A stretch of 64,000 nucleotides of DNA from Schmidtea polychroa (Eukaryota), in NCBI GenBank assembly GCA_044892525.1, contig CM097885.1, forward strand, positions 1,860,001 through 1,924,000, given 5' to 3'. Below, in pieces: positions 25,034-38,149 of this stretch (position 1 is the first letter of the stretch; each line of letters opens with the position of its first letter). Under the pieces are notes generated by a model that did no database searches, had not been told where the DNA came from, and worked only from the letters and a program-made list of their open reading frames with translations. The translations under genes and the position numbers were made by a program.

Positions 25034-28000
25034 ATGGACTTAAAACATTCTCTAGTTCAATTGTATAATAATTCTCATAGTCTTGTTAGACATCATTTAG
25101 ATTCGTTCAATCATTTTGTGGAAGTCGAAATGGAAAAAATTGTTAAAACTCACGGCCGTATTGATATGCCTTCTTCAAAGTTTTTTGTGCAAATTTCTAA
25201 TATAAAAGTGGAAAAGCCAGCGATATTTGAATATCAAATCAAAATCCCATTATATCCACAGCAATGCCGTATCCGGAATTTCACCTATGCAGCAGATGTC
25301 ACTGTTGACATTCAATATCCTGGAGCTGGAAATAAATTAATTAAAAATGAAAAATTTGTCATTGGTAGAATACCGATAATGTTGCGATCGAAAATGTGTA
25401 ATTTATATGGATTATCGAATGAAGAACTGACGAAAAAAGGCGAATGCATTTACGACACTGGTGGATATTTCATAACGAAAGGAACAGAGCGAGTGTTTCT
25501 AATGCAAGAACAAATGGCGAAAAATCGAATGATAATAGAAAAGTTCAAAATCACAAAGAAAGGAGGAATAAAAGTGCCTCTGTCAGAGAAAGTTCCCGAT
25601 GAAGATATCGTATGCCATGTGACGAGTTACACGGTTGTCAACAAAACCAAAACGACAGTATTTAGAAACAGCGGCTATTTCTACGTGCAAAACTCGCTAT
25701 TTCATGAATCGATCCCGCTATTCGTGATGTTTGCTGCGCTTAACATGCCCGTTCACAAGCAGATATTCGAATCGATCGGATTGGAGAGGGAATTGCATAA
25801 CGAGTTGATTAGCAGCGTTGAGGAGGCGATTGGATTGGGGATATTCTCTCAGCGGCAAGCGCTGATGTGGCTGATGCCGAGGATCAAATTGGCAATGAAC
25901 AAGGAGAACAGGATGACAACGAGCCCGACATCAATTGAGGAGGGGGAACGGGGCCTGCTGATGGCCAAGCAGGAGATCTGCAGGCGGGTAATCAATCACG
26001 TGCCCGGCAGCATCGACAATATGAGGTGCCGTGCCCAATATCTGGGCTTGATGACCCGGCGCATCCTATTGGCTGAGCACGGATTGATCGCTGCCGATGA
26101 TCGGGATTTCTATGGGATCAAGCGGCTGGAGATGGTGGGCACATATCTGGGCCTCATGTTTGAGGACAAGTTCCAATCGCTCGTCTCATCGCTACAGATG
26201 GAATTGACCAAGACGATCAATACCAATAAGGCCAATCAGCTCGACCCTACTCAATATATCCGCCAATCAATGATCACCGAGGGAATGTTCCAGTGCATAT
26301 TCACTGGCAATTGGCATTTGATGCGGTTCTCAATGGCCAGGAGCGGCGTTACCCAGGTACTCAACAGGCTCAGCTATCTCGGCACGCTTGGACATCTCGG
26401 CAGGATCAGCAGCCAATTTGAGAAGGTGCGCAAGATCTCAGGGGCGCGGGCAATCCATCTGAGCCAACACGGATTTGTGTGCGTTGCTGATACGCCAGAG
26501 GGGGAAGCGTGCGGATTGGTGAAGAATCTCGCGTTCCTGGTGGAGATCACTGTCAATTTGCCACCGGATGAACAGGAGCAGTTGGAGAGGTTCATCACGG
26601 CGGCCAATTGCAATGATCTCTCCACATTTCATCACCAATCCCGCATGCACATCATCATGGTCAATGGGGTACCGATTGGGTGGACACACCACCCAATGGC
26701 ATTGGCTAATTCACTGAGACACATGAGGAGAACAGGACTCATACATAGCCACGTATCGATATATTATGAGAGGAAGATGGACACGCTGCATATATGTAGT
26801 GACGGCGGCAGGATGGTTAGGCCCTATATAATCATTGAGAATGGATATAGCAAGCTGACCAATGACATTTATCAAGATATCATTAGCGGCATAGTGGATT
26901 GGGATGGGTTACTGAGCGGCGGCATTATTGAATATATCGATGCTTTGGAGGGTTACGCTGAATGTCTGATGGCATTTGATGAGTCACAGATCACCAGTAA
27001 CCATACACACCTTGATATAGATCCAGCAACAGCATTAGGGGTCGTAGCAAGTCTCATTCCATTCCCTCACCATAACCAATCGCCTAGGAATACATATCAA
27101 TGCGCTATGGGCAAGCAAGCCCTTGGAGTTATCTCCACCAATCAGAGCCAACGATGCGATGGCACACAACACAAATTGCTAGCTCCTCAACGCCCATTGA
27201 CAATGAGCAATGTTGGAACATTGACCAATTATCAATGTTTGCCTGCAGGACAGAATGCAATTGTAGCGATCCTTTGTTTCGGTGGCTATGATATTGAAGA
27301 TGCCATCGTTATCAATCGAAATTCTCTCGAACGCGGCCTTTTCAAGAGCTTGACCTCAAAATGTTTCACTGATGTTGTCAAGGACAATGAATATCTGGCA
27401 GTTCCCACTAGGAAAGGTATGATTAGATTCTATTGGTTGGTTGTGGTGTTGTTGGATATTACTGATTGATTGTGATATATTGGATATTATTGATTGATTG
27501 TGATATATTGGATATTATTGCTTGATTGTGATATATTGGATATTATTGATTGTGATATATTAGATATTATTGATTGTGATATATTGGATATTATTGATTG
27601 TTATATATTGGATATTATTGATTGTGATATATTGGATATTATTGATTGTGATATATTGGATATTATTGATTGTTATATATTGGATATTATTGATTGTGAT
27701 ATATTGGATATTATTGATTGGTTGTGATATATTGGATATTATTGATTGTGATATATTGGATATTATTGATTGGTTGTGATATATTGGATATTATTGATTG
27801 ATTGATGTATAGGATATTATTGATTGTGATATATATTGGATATTACTGATTGATTGTGATATATATTGGATATTATTGATTGATTGTGATATATTGGCTA
27901 TTATTGATTGGTTGTGATATATTGGATATGATTGATGTATTGGATATTATTGATTGATTGATATATTGGATATTATTGGTTGTGATTTATTGGATATTAT

Positions 28001-29486
28001 TGATTGTGATATATTGGATATTATTGATTGATTGTGATATATTGGATATTATTGATTGTGATTTATCGGATATTATTGATTGTGATTTATTGGATATTAT
28101 TGATTGTGATTTATTGGATATTATTGATTGTGATTTATTGGATATTATTGATTGATTGTGATATATTGGATATTATTGATTGATTGTGATTTATTGGATA
28201 TTATTGATTGTGATTTATTGGATATTATTGATTGATTGTGATTTATTGGATATTATTGATTGTGATTTATTGGATATTATTGATTGTGATATATTGGATA
28301 TTATTGATTGATTGATATATTGGATATTATTGATTGTGATATTATTGATTTTGATATATTGGATATTATTGCTTGTGATATATTGGATATTATTGATTGG
28401 TTGTGATATATTGAATATTATTGATTGGTTGTGATATATTGGATATTATTGATTGTATTGATTATCCTTCTAGACAGGCGACAGCACGCGATTCAAGAGG
28501 ATGGAATGGCCGCCATTGGATCTGTCATCAAGAACGGCGATGTTGTCATCAGCAAAATCGTGAACCCAGTCAAGGATCCCGTCGTAGCGAGTGACGCATC
28601 CACGGTCGTGGATCCGAAGCCGTCGCCAACGTGCTATTCTGGCAGCGAGCCAACTCGTGTTGTGGAGAATATGATGACATTTGATGGACATTACGGAATG
28701 GTCCGTGTGAAAACCACTCAAATGCGGCAGCCGGAAGTCGGTGATAAATTGAGCAGCCGGCACGGGCAGAAGGGGGTCATCAGCCGGGTGGTTGAGATGG
28801 TGGATATGCCTTGCACAGAGGATGGGCTGGTGCCGGATATTATCATGAATCCGCATGGATTCCCTAGCAGAATGACTGTAGGGAAACTGATTGAGCTGCT
28901 CGCCAATAAGAGCGCTGTAATGGACGGTAACTATAGGGACAGCTCAGCATTCAGTGACGCGGGGCACAAGAGCATTGATGGAGATTACCAATCGGTGATG
29001 AGAGCAAATGGGTTTGCCATGTCTGGTAAGGAGGTGATGGTGACAGGCAGTAACGGTGCGGTGATGGAGTGTGACGTGTACATGGGGCCCGTGTTCTATC
29101 AGCGCCTGAAGCACATGGTACAGGATAAGGTACACGCCAGGGATTTCGGCAAGAACCAGCAGTTGACGCGGCAACCGAATGTGGGCAGGTCCAATGACGG
29201 GGGGCTCAGGGTCGGTGAGATGGAGCGCGACTGTCTCATTGGTTACGGAGCATCGCAAATCCTCAAGGAGAGGATGATGCTGAGCAGTGACCCGTTCAGG
29301 GGCTGGGTGTGTGAGAAATGCGGCCTATTGGCTACCAGCAAGGATTGGTGCCAGATGTGCCGCTCCAGCCAGCACATCTCGTCCGTTGTCATGCCCTACG
29401 CCACTAAGCTATTGATGCAGGAACTCATGACCATCCAGATCACTCCCAGATTGACACTGTCCAGGAATGAGACAGCTGTTTTGTGA
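25034..29486 (+). CDS. POLR3B: RNA polymerase III second-largest subunit (RPC2), 1131 aa, 2 exons
   Basis: Exons 25034-27416 and 28474-29486 (AAAG|gtatga ... ttctag|AC); 3396 nt in frame. RPC2-type motifs: HHLDSFNHF, GVTQVLNRLSY, DTPEGEACGLVKNLA, HNQSPRNTYQCAMGKQA, SSRHGQKGV, IMNPHGFPSRMTVGKLIELLA, GEMERDCLIGYGAS, C-terminal CxxC...CxxC. Confidence 0.93.
27455..28460. repeat. ~24-bp minisatellite (GATTGTGATATATTGGATATTATT)n filling the POLR3B intron
   Basis: About 40 copies with +GATT/+GGTT variants; periodic ORFs (DCDILDII)n. Confidence 0.95.
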
Positions 29487-29540
29487 ATAAATATTATCGT
29501 TTGTTATTTTGTCTTTTGTTCTTTCATGAATTGGAGCTGA

Positions 29541-29922
29541 TTGGTTGATTGTGGGAGATGAATACAGCTCATTGGTTGATTGCGGGAGATGAATACAGCT
29601 CATTGGTTGATTGCGGGAGATGAATACAGCTCATTGGTTGATTGCGGGAGATGAATACAGCTCATTGGTTGATTGCGGGAGATGAATACAGCTCATTGGT
29701 TGATTGCGGGAGATGAATACAGCTCATTGGTTGATTGTGGGAGATGAATACAGCTCATTGGTTGATTGTGGGAGATGAATACAGCTCATTGGTTGATTGC
29801 GGGAGATGAATACAGCTCATTGGTTGATTGCGGGAGATGAATACAGCTCATTGGTTGATTGTGAGAGATGAATACAGCTCATTGGTTGATCGTGGGAGAT
29901 GAATACAGCTCATTGGTTGATT
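29541..29922. repeat. 31-bp minisatellite (TTGGTTGATTGCGGGAGATGAATACAGCTCA) x12 downstream of the POLR3B stop
   Basis: Exact 31-nt period from 29541 to 29913. Confidence 0.95.
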
Positions 29923-32900
29923 GAGGTTGATTGATTTCCATTTTTATGAATTGATAGTGAAGTAAATAAGAAATATCCAAATCAGTGTTAAATCCAGGTG
30001 CCCCGAGTAAGAATTTCGAAGACCTATTTTTAATCTTAATACAGGTAGCCAGAATCCGAACGGAAGCGTTCATTTTTCAGTATTAGAACTATGTGAAGGT
30101 CGATTAAGATTTGAATGAAAAAGAAAATTCAAAATGCCTAATAAATCGGCTTGAGGTACATGGTTTAGCCCTGAGCAGATGAATCAAAGCAATTTTGAAT
30201 TTTCGATATCCCTTGTAGAAGTTGCTTAGGATTTGCAGTAACAGATAAACTTCGAAATAAAAGGTTTCTAGGAACGTTTGTCAATTTTTTGAAAGTAAAT
30301 TTTAGAGGATAGATTTAGGAAACATTGTTACCTATTTCTTAGTAGCGTACATTTCTAGTATTCCCATTTTCTATTTCTCACCTTAGAGCGAAGCTGTAGA
30401 CAAATTAGAATCCAGCTCTCACCATTTTAGAAATACCTGAGAATGGCTGGACAAAACCGATATCTTTGCTTTAGGATATTTTAGCGGCGTTTTTTAATAA
30501 AAAATTTATTTGTGTTATTGAATTTAATTGTGAGTAAACCGTATTGCACATTTATATCTAAATAAAATGTTTACTTTCGAAATTGTTTTATTTTAGTCAA
30601 TTTAACGCGCAGAATCGTTTGGAGTCAGATTTGATTGCGTTAGACGCATAAGCCGCATTTAATCTTACCAATGTAATTATATTTAATTTCTGCTCACATT
30701 TTGATTTATCAGGTTTTCAATTATTTATATTTTCATTTGTGATGATTTTAAGACACTCCATAAATAGTAGGACAAATGGATAATGAACAGCGATATAATG
30801 ATGGCACGGTAAACAAACGCTTCACCACATATCCTGGGAAAAATCCTACTGGCATAAATTCAAGTGGAACAGTCGAATAAAATGGTTGGGAACAGTGGCA
30901 TGGGGAGGGTGTGTGGCACACTGAATTGATCTATTACTCTATACCTTGAATTACAAGGCTGGTCGACCAACAATGTACTCAGTGGAGGTCAAACGGAACT
31001 TAATTGTGAAACCAAGGAGGTGAGCATGGACAAGCTTGTGTAGATGCTCAAGTAGAGAAAATTAAAACTAATACATAGGCCAAGGTCAACAGAAGCTATA
31101 AATTTAAAAAGCCAAGTTATTCAAAAGAAATAAATGAATGACAAATGATGTTAAGCAGCTAAATAAATGAAGAAATAGATCATCATATGATGGGTATTGC
31201 AGAATCATGAAAAGATGAGCCAGAACCGAGAAATGAGTGAAAGTAGCACACCGAACTTATCAAACAATATAGAAAGCTCACTGACAATACGAATGCAAGA
31301 GTTCAGAAATTCATCAACATTGCAGCCAAATCAACAACAATACCGCTGAGTAGCAAGAAAATTAAAACGGTAACAAATTTCTGTGCCAAGCTTTACAACA
31401 CAAATCCAAATGACAGACGCGTTGGAGGCTCCATGTTAGAGCAAAGGCCTTTAAGGGATAAATGGCTTGATCGTGAGCTTACCAAAATAGAAGGATTTGA
31501 TGGCTGAGTATCATATTAAAGGATTAAAGGATACGGCATGGTAAAAGGCTTAAAAGGAATTAATAATTGCCTGAATCTTGAACCACCGACAATACCAACA
31601 GTGAAAGAATCGAAAATCAACAAAAATCGGGGGAACACAAATGAAAATATAAACATGGATATAATAATTATAAATCGAGGGGGGTCACTAGGCAATGCTA
31701 TTGAACAATTACAATAATCAAACATTTGGGTGCCTGAACTTGAGATTACCCTATCAAGCAGTAAAGCAAATAAGATTTGGCGTCAACCAATACTAGGGGG
31801 CGCGCAAAATTAATTTAATTGACGTCAGGCAATCAGACAAATGAGAAATGATTGATGAGAATGCGTTCAGTAACATGGGAGCCGGATTCGGTGAGTAATA
31901 CGAGAAAGGTGGGGGGGGGGGGACTACAAGATTTACAGGAATTAGAATCTGGCCCATTACGTCAGAGGATTGATAGAATTCAGGTTGGGATTTGTTTGAG
32001 GGGGTTTCCTATCGGGTTGCATGGGAATATAATATTATTATTATCATTTCTATCTGTCTTGTTGCACTTACTTTTGTTATAAAGGCTAATATCATCTTCC
32101 ATCAGACCTAATCAAGATCCTTGTGATTAATTTCTCATTTTATTTATACTACATTTTGTCAACAAAAGAAGTCCCAACTAAACCATAGAAAATGATACGC
32201 TGTAAACCTGCCTCGGTTCAACTGATCTTGGATTCGCCTTTCAGCTGGTTGAGATTTTATGCGCATTTATCACATATCTTTCATTGGCATATCACAAGCA
32301 TTCAATTAGCTCACAGCAATTCATGACAACCGCTGGGTTTACCTTTTATGAAGCATGATAACCCTTTACCTTTACCCTTTTATAAATATCAAGCTGCCGT
32401 TATCACGCCCTGACCAGCATATCAGAAATAGTGACACTCTGTAATGATTGCCAGTACTGTGACTTGGTAATTGAGCCTCACATAATTACCATTGATCAAG
32501 GGTTACACATTGTCACCAGCCCAAATGACAATGCCACCCCCCCCCCCCCCCATTATACACTATAATAATAAATAGGCAGCTCAGTGATGACTCACATACT
32601 GCTCATAATGTGTATCATAAATTTATCCAATCACAAGAGCGGTAAACAAGTGGAACGCGAGATCAGCCGACAGCCAATCAGAAAATGCTAAAGCCAATAG
32701 CAATATTATGGGATGGAGAATGTTGTAACAATGAATGTGATAGATAGACAATAATCAATTCATCATAATCAATCAACCAATTAATCAATTAACCAATACA
32801 GCACATCAATGCTTAGTAACGGCCTTGACAACCAATTAATTGGATCATGTGATCACCAACAGTATGGCATCCATCCAATCAGCTGACCACATGTGCAAAT

Positions 32901-33047
32901 CATCAATTCAGATCACCAGCGATTCTCAGTGAAATAATCCGACAAATGCAACGCTCAATCACAGCGCTGCGAAACGCAAATATATCAATTCATAATTAAT
33001 ATAATAATTATTATGCACAAATAATTTGTATCGTGCCAGCCTCATCA

Positions 33048-33441
33048 TCACACTGAGATAAATATTTGCTTCACATACATGATATAGCTGACCACGGTCC
33101 AGAAGGTCACGCCCCAGATGTTCAGGATCAAGCTGTACACATGGTCATGCGCATATGAATTGATTGGCCATTGAGCTGGGAACCTTTTCTCCATGATGAT
33201 GTGCCCAATATATATGGCAATTGAGTTCATTCCTAGTAGCAATAATAATTCCTAGCACCACCAATACCAATGGCCTCACCTTGATACTTGAAGGGCGCCC
33301 CTGACCATATCTGCAGCACATCAACTATAACGAATATGAAACCCAATAAGAAAAAGCCCATTCCCCCCGTTACTAACACGAATGACACAGACCTATATCA
33401 ATAATATTTATTTATTATTAGTTAATAATAATTATAATTTA

Positions 33442-33494
<53 letters not shown>

Positions 33495-36400
33495 TTTATT
33501 ATTATTTATGTATTTCTTCTTCTTACTATTTATTTTTTATTTTTATTATTTATTTTTATTATTTTTTTTTTATTTTTAATATTATCACAATAATAATAAT
33601 AATAATAATATAAATTACCATAAATTCTTGTTGAGTGGAATGAGGCCTTCATTAATCTGACATTGGCAGAGGCCGGCTCCAATCGCGGCCTATTAGAAAT
33701 AGAAATGAGAATAAAAGAAAAGAGGATCAGAGAAAACCTACACACACGATTGCATAAATGAACAGTCGCTTGATGATGGCAACCCAATTGCGGTTCAGCA
33801 GCAAGACGTTGCCAGCCTAAAATATAAGGATCTTAAAGCAAGCCACTGGCTTTTGCAAGTGGGGAACACAGAGAGGAAAGCCAAAATCGAGCTAACCATC
33901 CCCTCCATTCACCCAGCACACAAAGGGATGTGCTCACCATCCCCTCCATTCACCCAAGGATCAGCAATCCAGCACACAAAGGGATGCGCTCACCATCCCC
34001 TCCATTCACTCAGCACACAAAGGGATGTGCTCACCATCCCCTCCATTCACCCAAGGATCAGCAATCCAGTACACAAAGGGATGCTCTCACCCTCCCCTCA
34101 CTCGACCCGCCCACCGGCAATACCAGAAAACAGCCTCACCCAGAACCCGATCAAGCAAAGAGCTGCTGAGGTAATATTGCCAAGAATGCCTTCTGGATCG
34201 TAGCGTTGCGAGGGCTCATAAAGCTTCCAACTGGTCGATCTGACATACATGTGATCAGGAGTGAGAATAAGCCGATCGATATAACCGGCAACTCCACCAG
34301 AGCAATTGCTACAACAGCCATGATCACCTATTCCTCCTGGACCTAGATATCCACGGGGACAGCCTGGCACCACCAGCAATAAGGAAATACACGCATGGCA
34401 CACCAGCATTCCTAGAGTAAGAGTGAAATCAACCAATCAAATTCCAATATCAATTGACATACCAACAGCCAGACAAATATAAGGTAGACATTTCCATAGA
34501 TCCGCCATGGCTTCACGGCATTTGCAGGAGAGAGAGCTGCGTTCTGTATAATTGATCTCATTTGGAGGGCTCTGTAGGAGGTCAGATTCAATATCATTGG
34601 ATAGCAATGACTGTCGGGTACAATTACACGCTGACACGATGCAAATCACACTTGTAAGCCACAAATATGAGATAGCCAGCCTTTGCAATGGTCCCATGAT
34701 TCGGAGCTGCCACAATTCCTTACCAGGATTCTCTAATGCAATACCTATCATAAACAATAACGCTGATCGCTTGACTGATTTCAACCAGAAATGGATGAGG
34801 AACTTTCTGCTGATCCGTTTGAGCGTTGCCCTGTAAATATCAGATGATGATACTAATGATGAGGAATATGCATTTGTCTCATGGTTGTCAGCAAGGGTGG
34901 GTGGGGGCTAGGGAGGTGATGATGAGATTGGCTGTCAGCTAGGGAGGTGATGATGAGATTGGCTGTCAGCTAGGGAGGTGATGATGAGATTGGCTGTCAG
35001 CTAGGGAGGTGATGATGAGATTGGCTGTCAGCTAGGGAGGTGATAATGGGATTGGCTGTCAGCTAGGGAGGTGATGATGAGATTGGCTGTCAGCTAGGGA
35101 GGTGATGATGAGATTGGCTGTCAGCTAGGGAGGTGATGATGAGATTGGCTGTCAGCTAGGGAGGTGATGATGAGAAACACCAAATCTGCACCCCATCAGC
35201 CATCATTACACATGCATGCCACATGAATGCCACCGTCAGGCCCATCACAAACAAAAACACAGGCACAGCATCCCCATCCCCATCAGCCCCCCCCCAACAA
35301 CAACAACAGCAACAACTGAATGCATACCGATAGAAACTGAATGCCACCGTCAGCCCCATCACAAACACAGGCACAGCATCCCCATCCCCATCAGCCCCCC
35401 CCCCCAAACAACAACAACAACAACAACAACTGAATGCATACCGATAGAAACTGAATGCCACCGTCAGGCCCATCACAAACACAAACACAGGCACAGCATC
35501 CCCATCCCCATCCCCATCAGCCCCCCCCCCCCCAACAACAACAACAGCAACAACTGAATGCATACCGATAGAAACTGAATGCCACCGTCAGCCCCATCAC
35601 AAACACAGGCACAGCATCCCCATCCCCATCAGCCCCCCCCCAACAACAACAACAGCAACAACTGAATGCATACCGATAGAAACTGAATGCCACCGTCAGG
35701 CCCATCACAAACACATGCACAGCATCCCCATCCCCATCAGCCCCCCCCCCAACAACAACAACAACAGCAACAACTGAATGCATACCGATAGAAACTGAAT
35801 GCCACCGTCAGCCCCATCACAAACACATGCACAGCATCCCCATCCCCATCCCCATCAGCCCCCCCCCCCCCCAACAACAACAGCAACAACTGAATGCCAC
35901 CGTCAGGCCCACCACAAACACAGGCACAGCATCCCCATCCCCATCAGCCCCCCCAAACAACAACAACAGCAACAACTGAATGCATACCGATAGAAACTGA
36001 ATGCCACCGTCAGGCCCATCACAAACACAGGCACAGCATCCCCATCCCCATCAGCCCCCCCCCCCCCCCAAACAACAACAACAGCAACAACTGAATGCAT
36101 ACCGATAGAAACTGAATGCCACCGTCAGGCCCATCACAAACACAGGCACAGCATCCCCATCCCCATCAGCCCCCCCCCCAAACAACAACAACAGCAACAA
36201 CTGAATGCATACCGATAGAAACTGAATGCCACCGTCAGGCCCATCACAAACACAAGCACAGCATCCCCATCCCCATCAGCCCCCCCCCAAACAACAACAA
36301 CAGCAACAACTGAATGCATACCGATAGAAACTGAATGCCACCGTCAGGCCCATCACAAACACAGGCACAGCATCCCCATCCCCATCAGCCCCCCCCCCCC

Positions 36401-37890
36401 CCCAAACAACAACAACAGCAACAACTGAATGCATACCGATAGAAACTGAATGCCACCGTCAGCCCCATCACAAACACAGGCACAGCATCCCCATCCCCAT
36501 CAGCCCCCCCCCCCAACAACAACAACAGCAACAACTGAATGCATACCGATAGAAACTGAATGCCACCGTCAGGCCCATCACAAACACATGCACAGCATCC
36601 CCATCCCCATCCCCATCAGCCCCCCCCCCCCAACAACAACAGCAACAACTGAATGCCACCGTCAGGCCCACCACAAACACAGGCACAGCATCCCCATCAG
36701 CCCCCCCCAAACAACAACAACAGCAACAACTGAATGCATACCGATAGAAACTGAATGCCACCGTCAGGCCCATCACAAACACAGGCACAGCATCCCCATC
36801 CCCATCAGCCCCCCCCAAACAACAACAACAGCAACAACAACAACTGAATGCATACCGATAGAAACTGAATGCCACCGTCAGGCCCATCACAAACACAGGC
36901 ACAGCATCCCCATCCCAATCAGCCCCCCCCAAACAACAACAACAGCAACAACTGAATGCATACCGATAGAAACTGAATGCCACCGTCAGGCCCACCACAA
37001 ACACAGGCACAGCATCCCCATCCCCATCAGCTCCCCCCCAACAAAAACAACAGCAACAACTGAATGCATACCGATAGAAACTGAATGCCACCGTCAGGCC
37101 CATCACAAACACAGGCACAGCATCCCCATCCCCATCAGCCCCCCCAAACAACAACAACAGCAACAACTGAATGCATACCGATAGAAACTGAATGCCACCG
37201 TCAGGCCCATCACAAACACAGGCACAGCATCCCCATCCCCATCAGCCCCCCCCCCCCAACAACAACAACAACAACAACAGCAACAACTGAATGCCACCGT
37301 CAGGCCCATCACAAACACAGGCACAGCATCCCCATCCCCATCAGCCCCCCCCAAACAACAACAACAACAACAACAACAACTGAATGCATACCGATAGAAA
37401 CTGAATGCCACCGTCAGGCCCATCACAAACACAGGCACAGCATCCCCATCCCCATCAGCCCCCCCCCCCCCAACAACAACAACAGCAACAACTGAATGCA
37501 TACCGATAGAAACTGAATGCCACCGTCAGGCCCATCACAAACACAGGCACAGCATCCCCATCCCCATCAGCCCCCCCCCCCAACAACAACAGCAACAACT
37601 GAATGCCACCGTCAGGCCCATCACAAACACAGGCACAGCATCCCCATCCCCATCAGCCCCCCCCAAACAACAACAACAACAACAACAACAACTGAATGCA
37701 TACCGATAGAAACTGAATGCCACCGTCAGGCCCATCACAAACACAGGCACAGCATCCCCATCCCCATCAGCCCCCCCCCAAACAACAACAACAGCAACAA
37801 CTGAATGCATACCGATAGAAACTGAATGCCACCGTCAGGCCCATCACAAACACAGGCACAGCATCCCCATCCCCATCAGCCCCCCCCCCC

Positions 37891-37921
<31 letters not shown>

Positions 37922-38118
37922 TGAATGCATACCGATAGAAACTGAATGCCACCGTCAGGCCCATCACAAACACAGGCACAGCATCCCCATCCCCATCAGC
38001 CCCCCCCCCAAACAACAACAACAACAACTGAATGCATACCGATAGAAACTGAATGCCACCGTCAGGCCCATCACAAACACAGGCACAGCATCCCCATCCC
38101 CATCAGCCCCCCCCCCCC

Positions 38119-38149
<31 letters not shown>

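Noticed and set aside
27494-28155. (DCDILDII)n and (IVIYWILL)n ORFs
   Set aside because: Products of the intronic 24-bp minisatellite.
26374-29258. Antisense ORFs within POLR3B
   Set aside because: Shadow frames of GC-rich coding sequence with no motifs.
24959-29486. RPB2 or RPA2 identity; start at 24959
   Set aside because: HGFPSRMTVGKLIELLA and DCLIGYGAS are RPC2-type. The 24959 start is a TTG; homology begins near ATG 25034.
25800-29486. GC-rich segments as bacterial contamination or HGT
   Set aside because: They are continuous with AT-rich parts of the same ORFs, carry spliceosomal introns and encode eukaryote-type proteins.
29541-29922. 31-bp repeats as a CRISPR array
   Set aside because: Units are directly adjacent with no unique spacers, there are no cas genes, and the context is eukaryotic.
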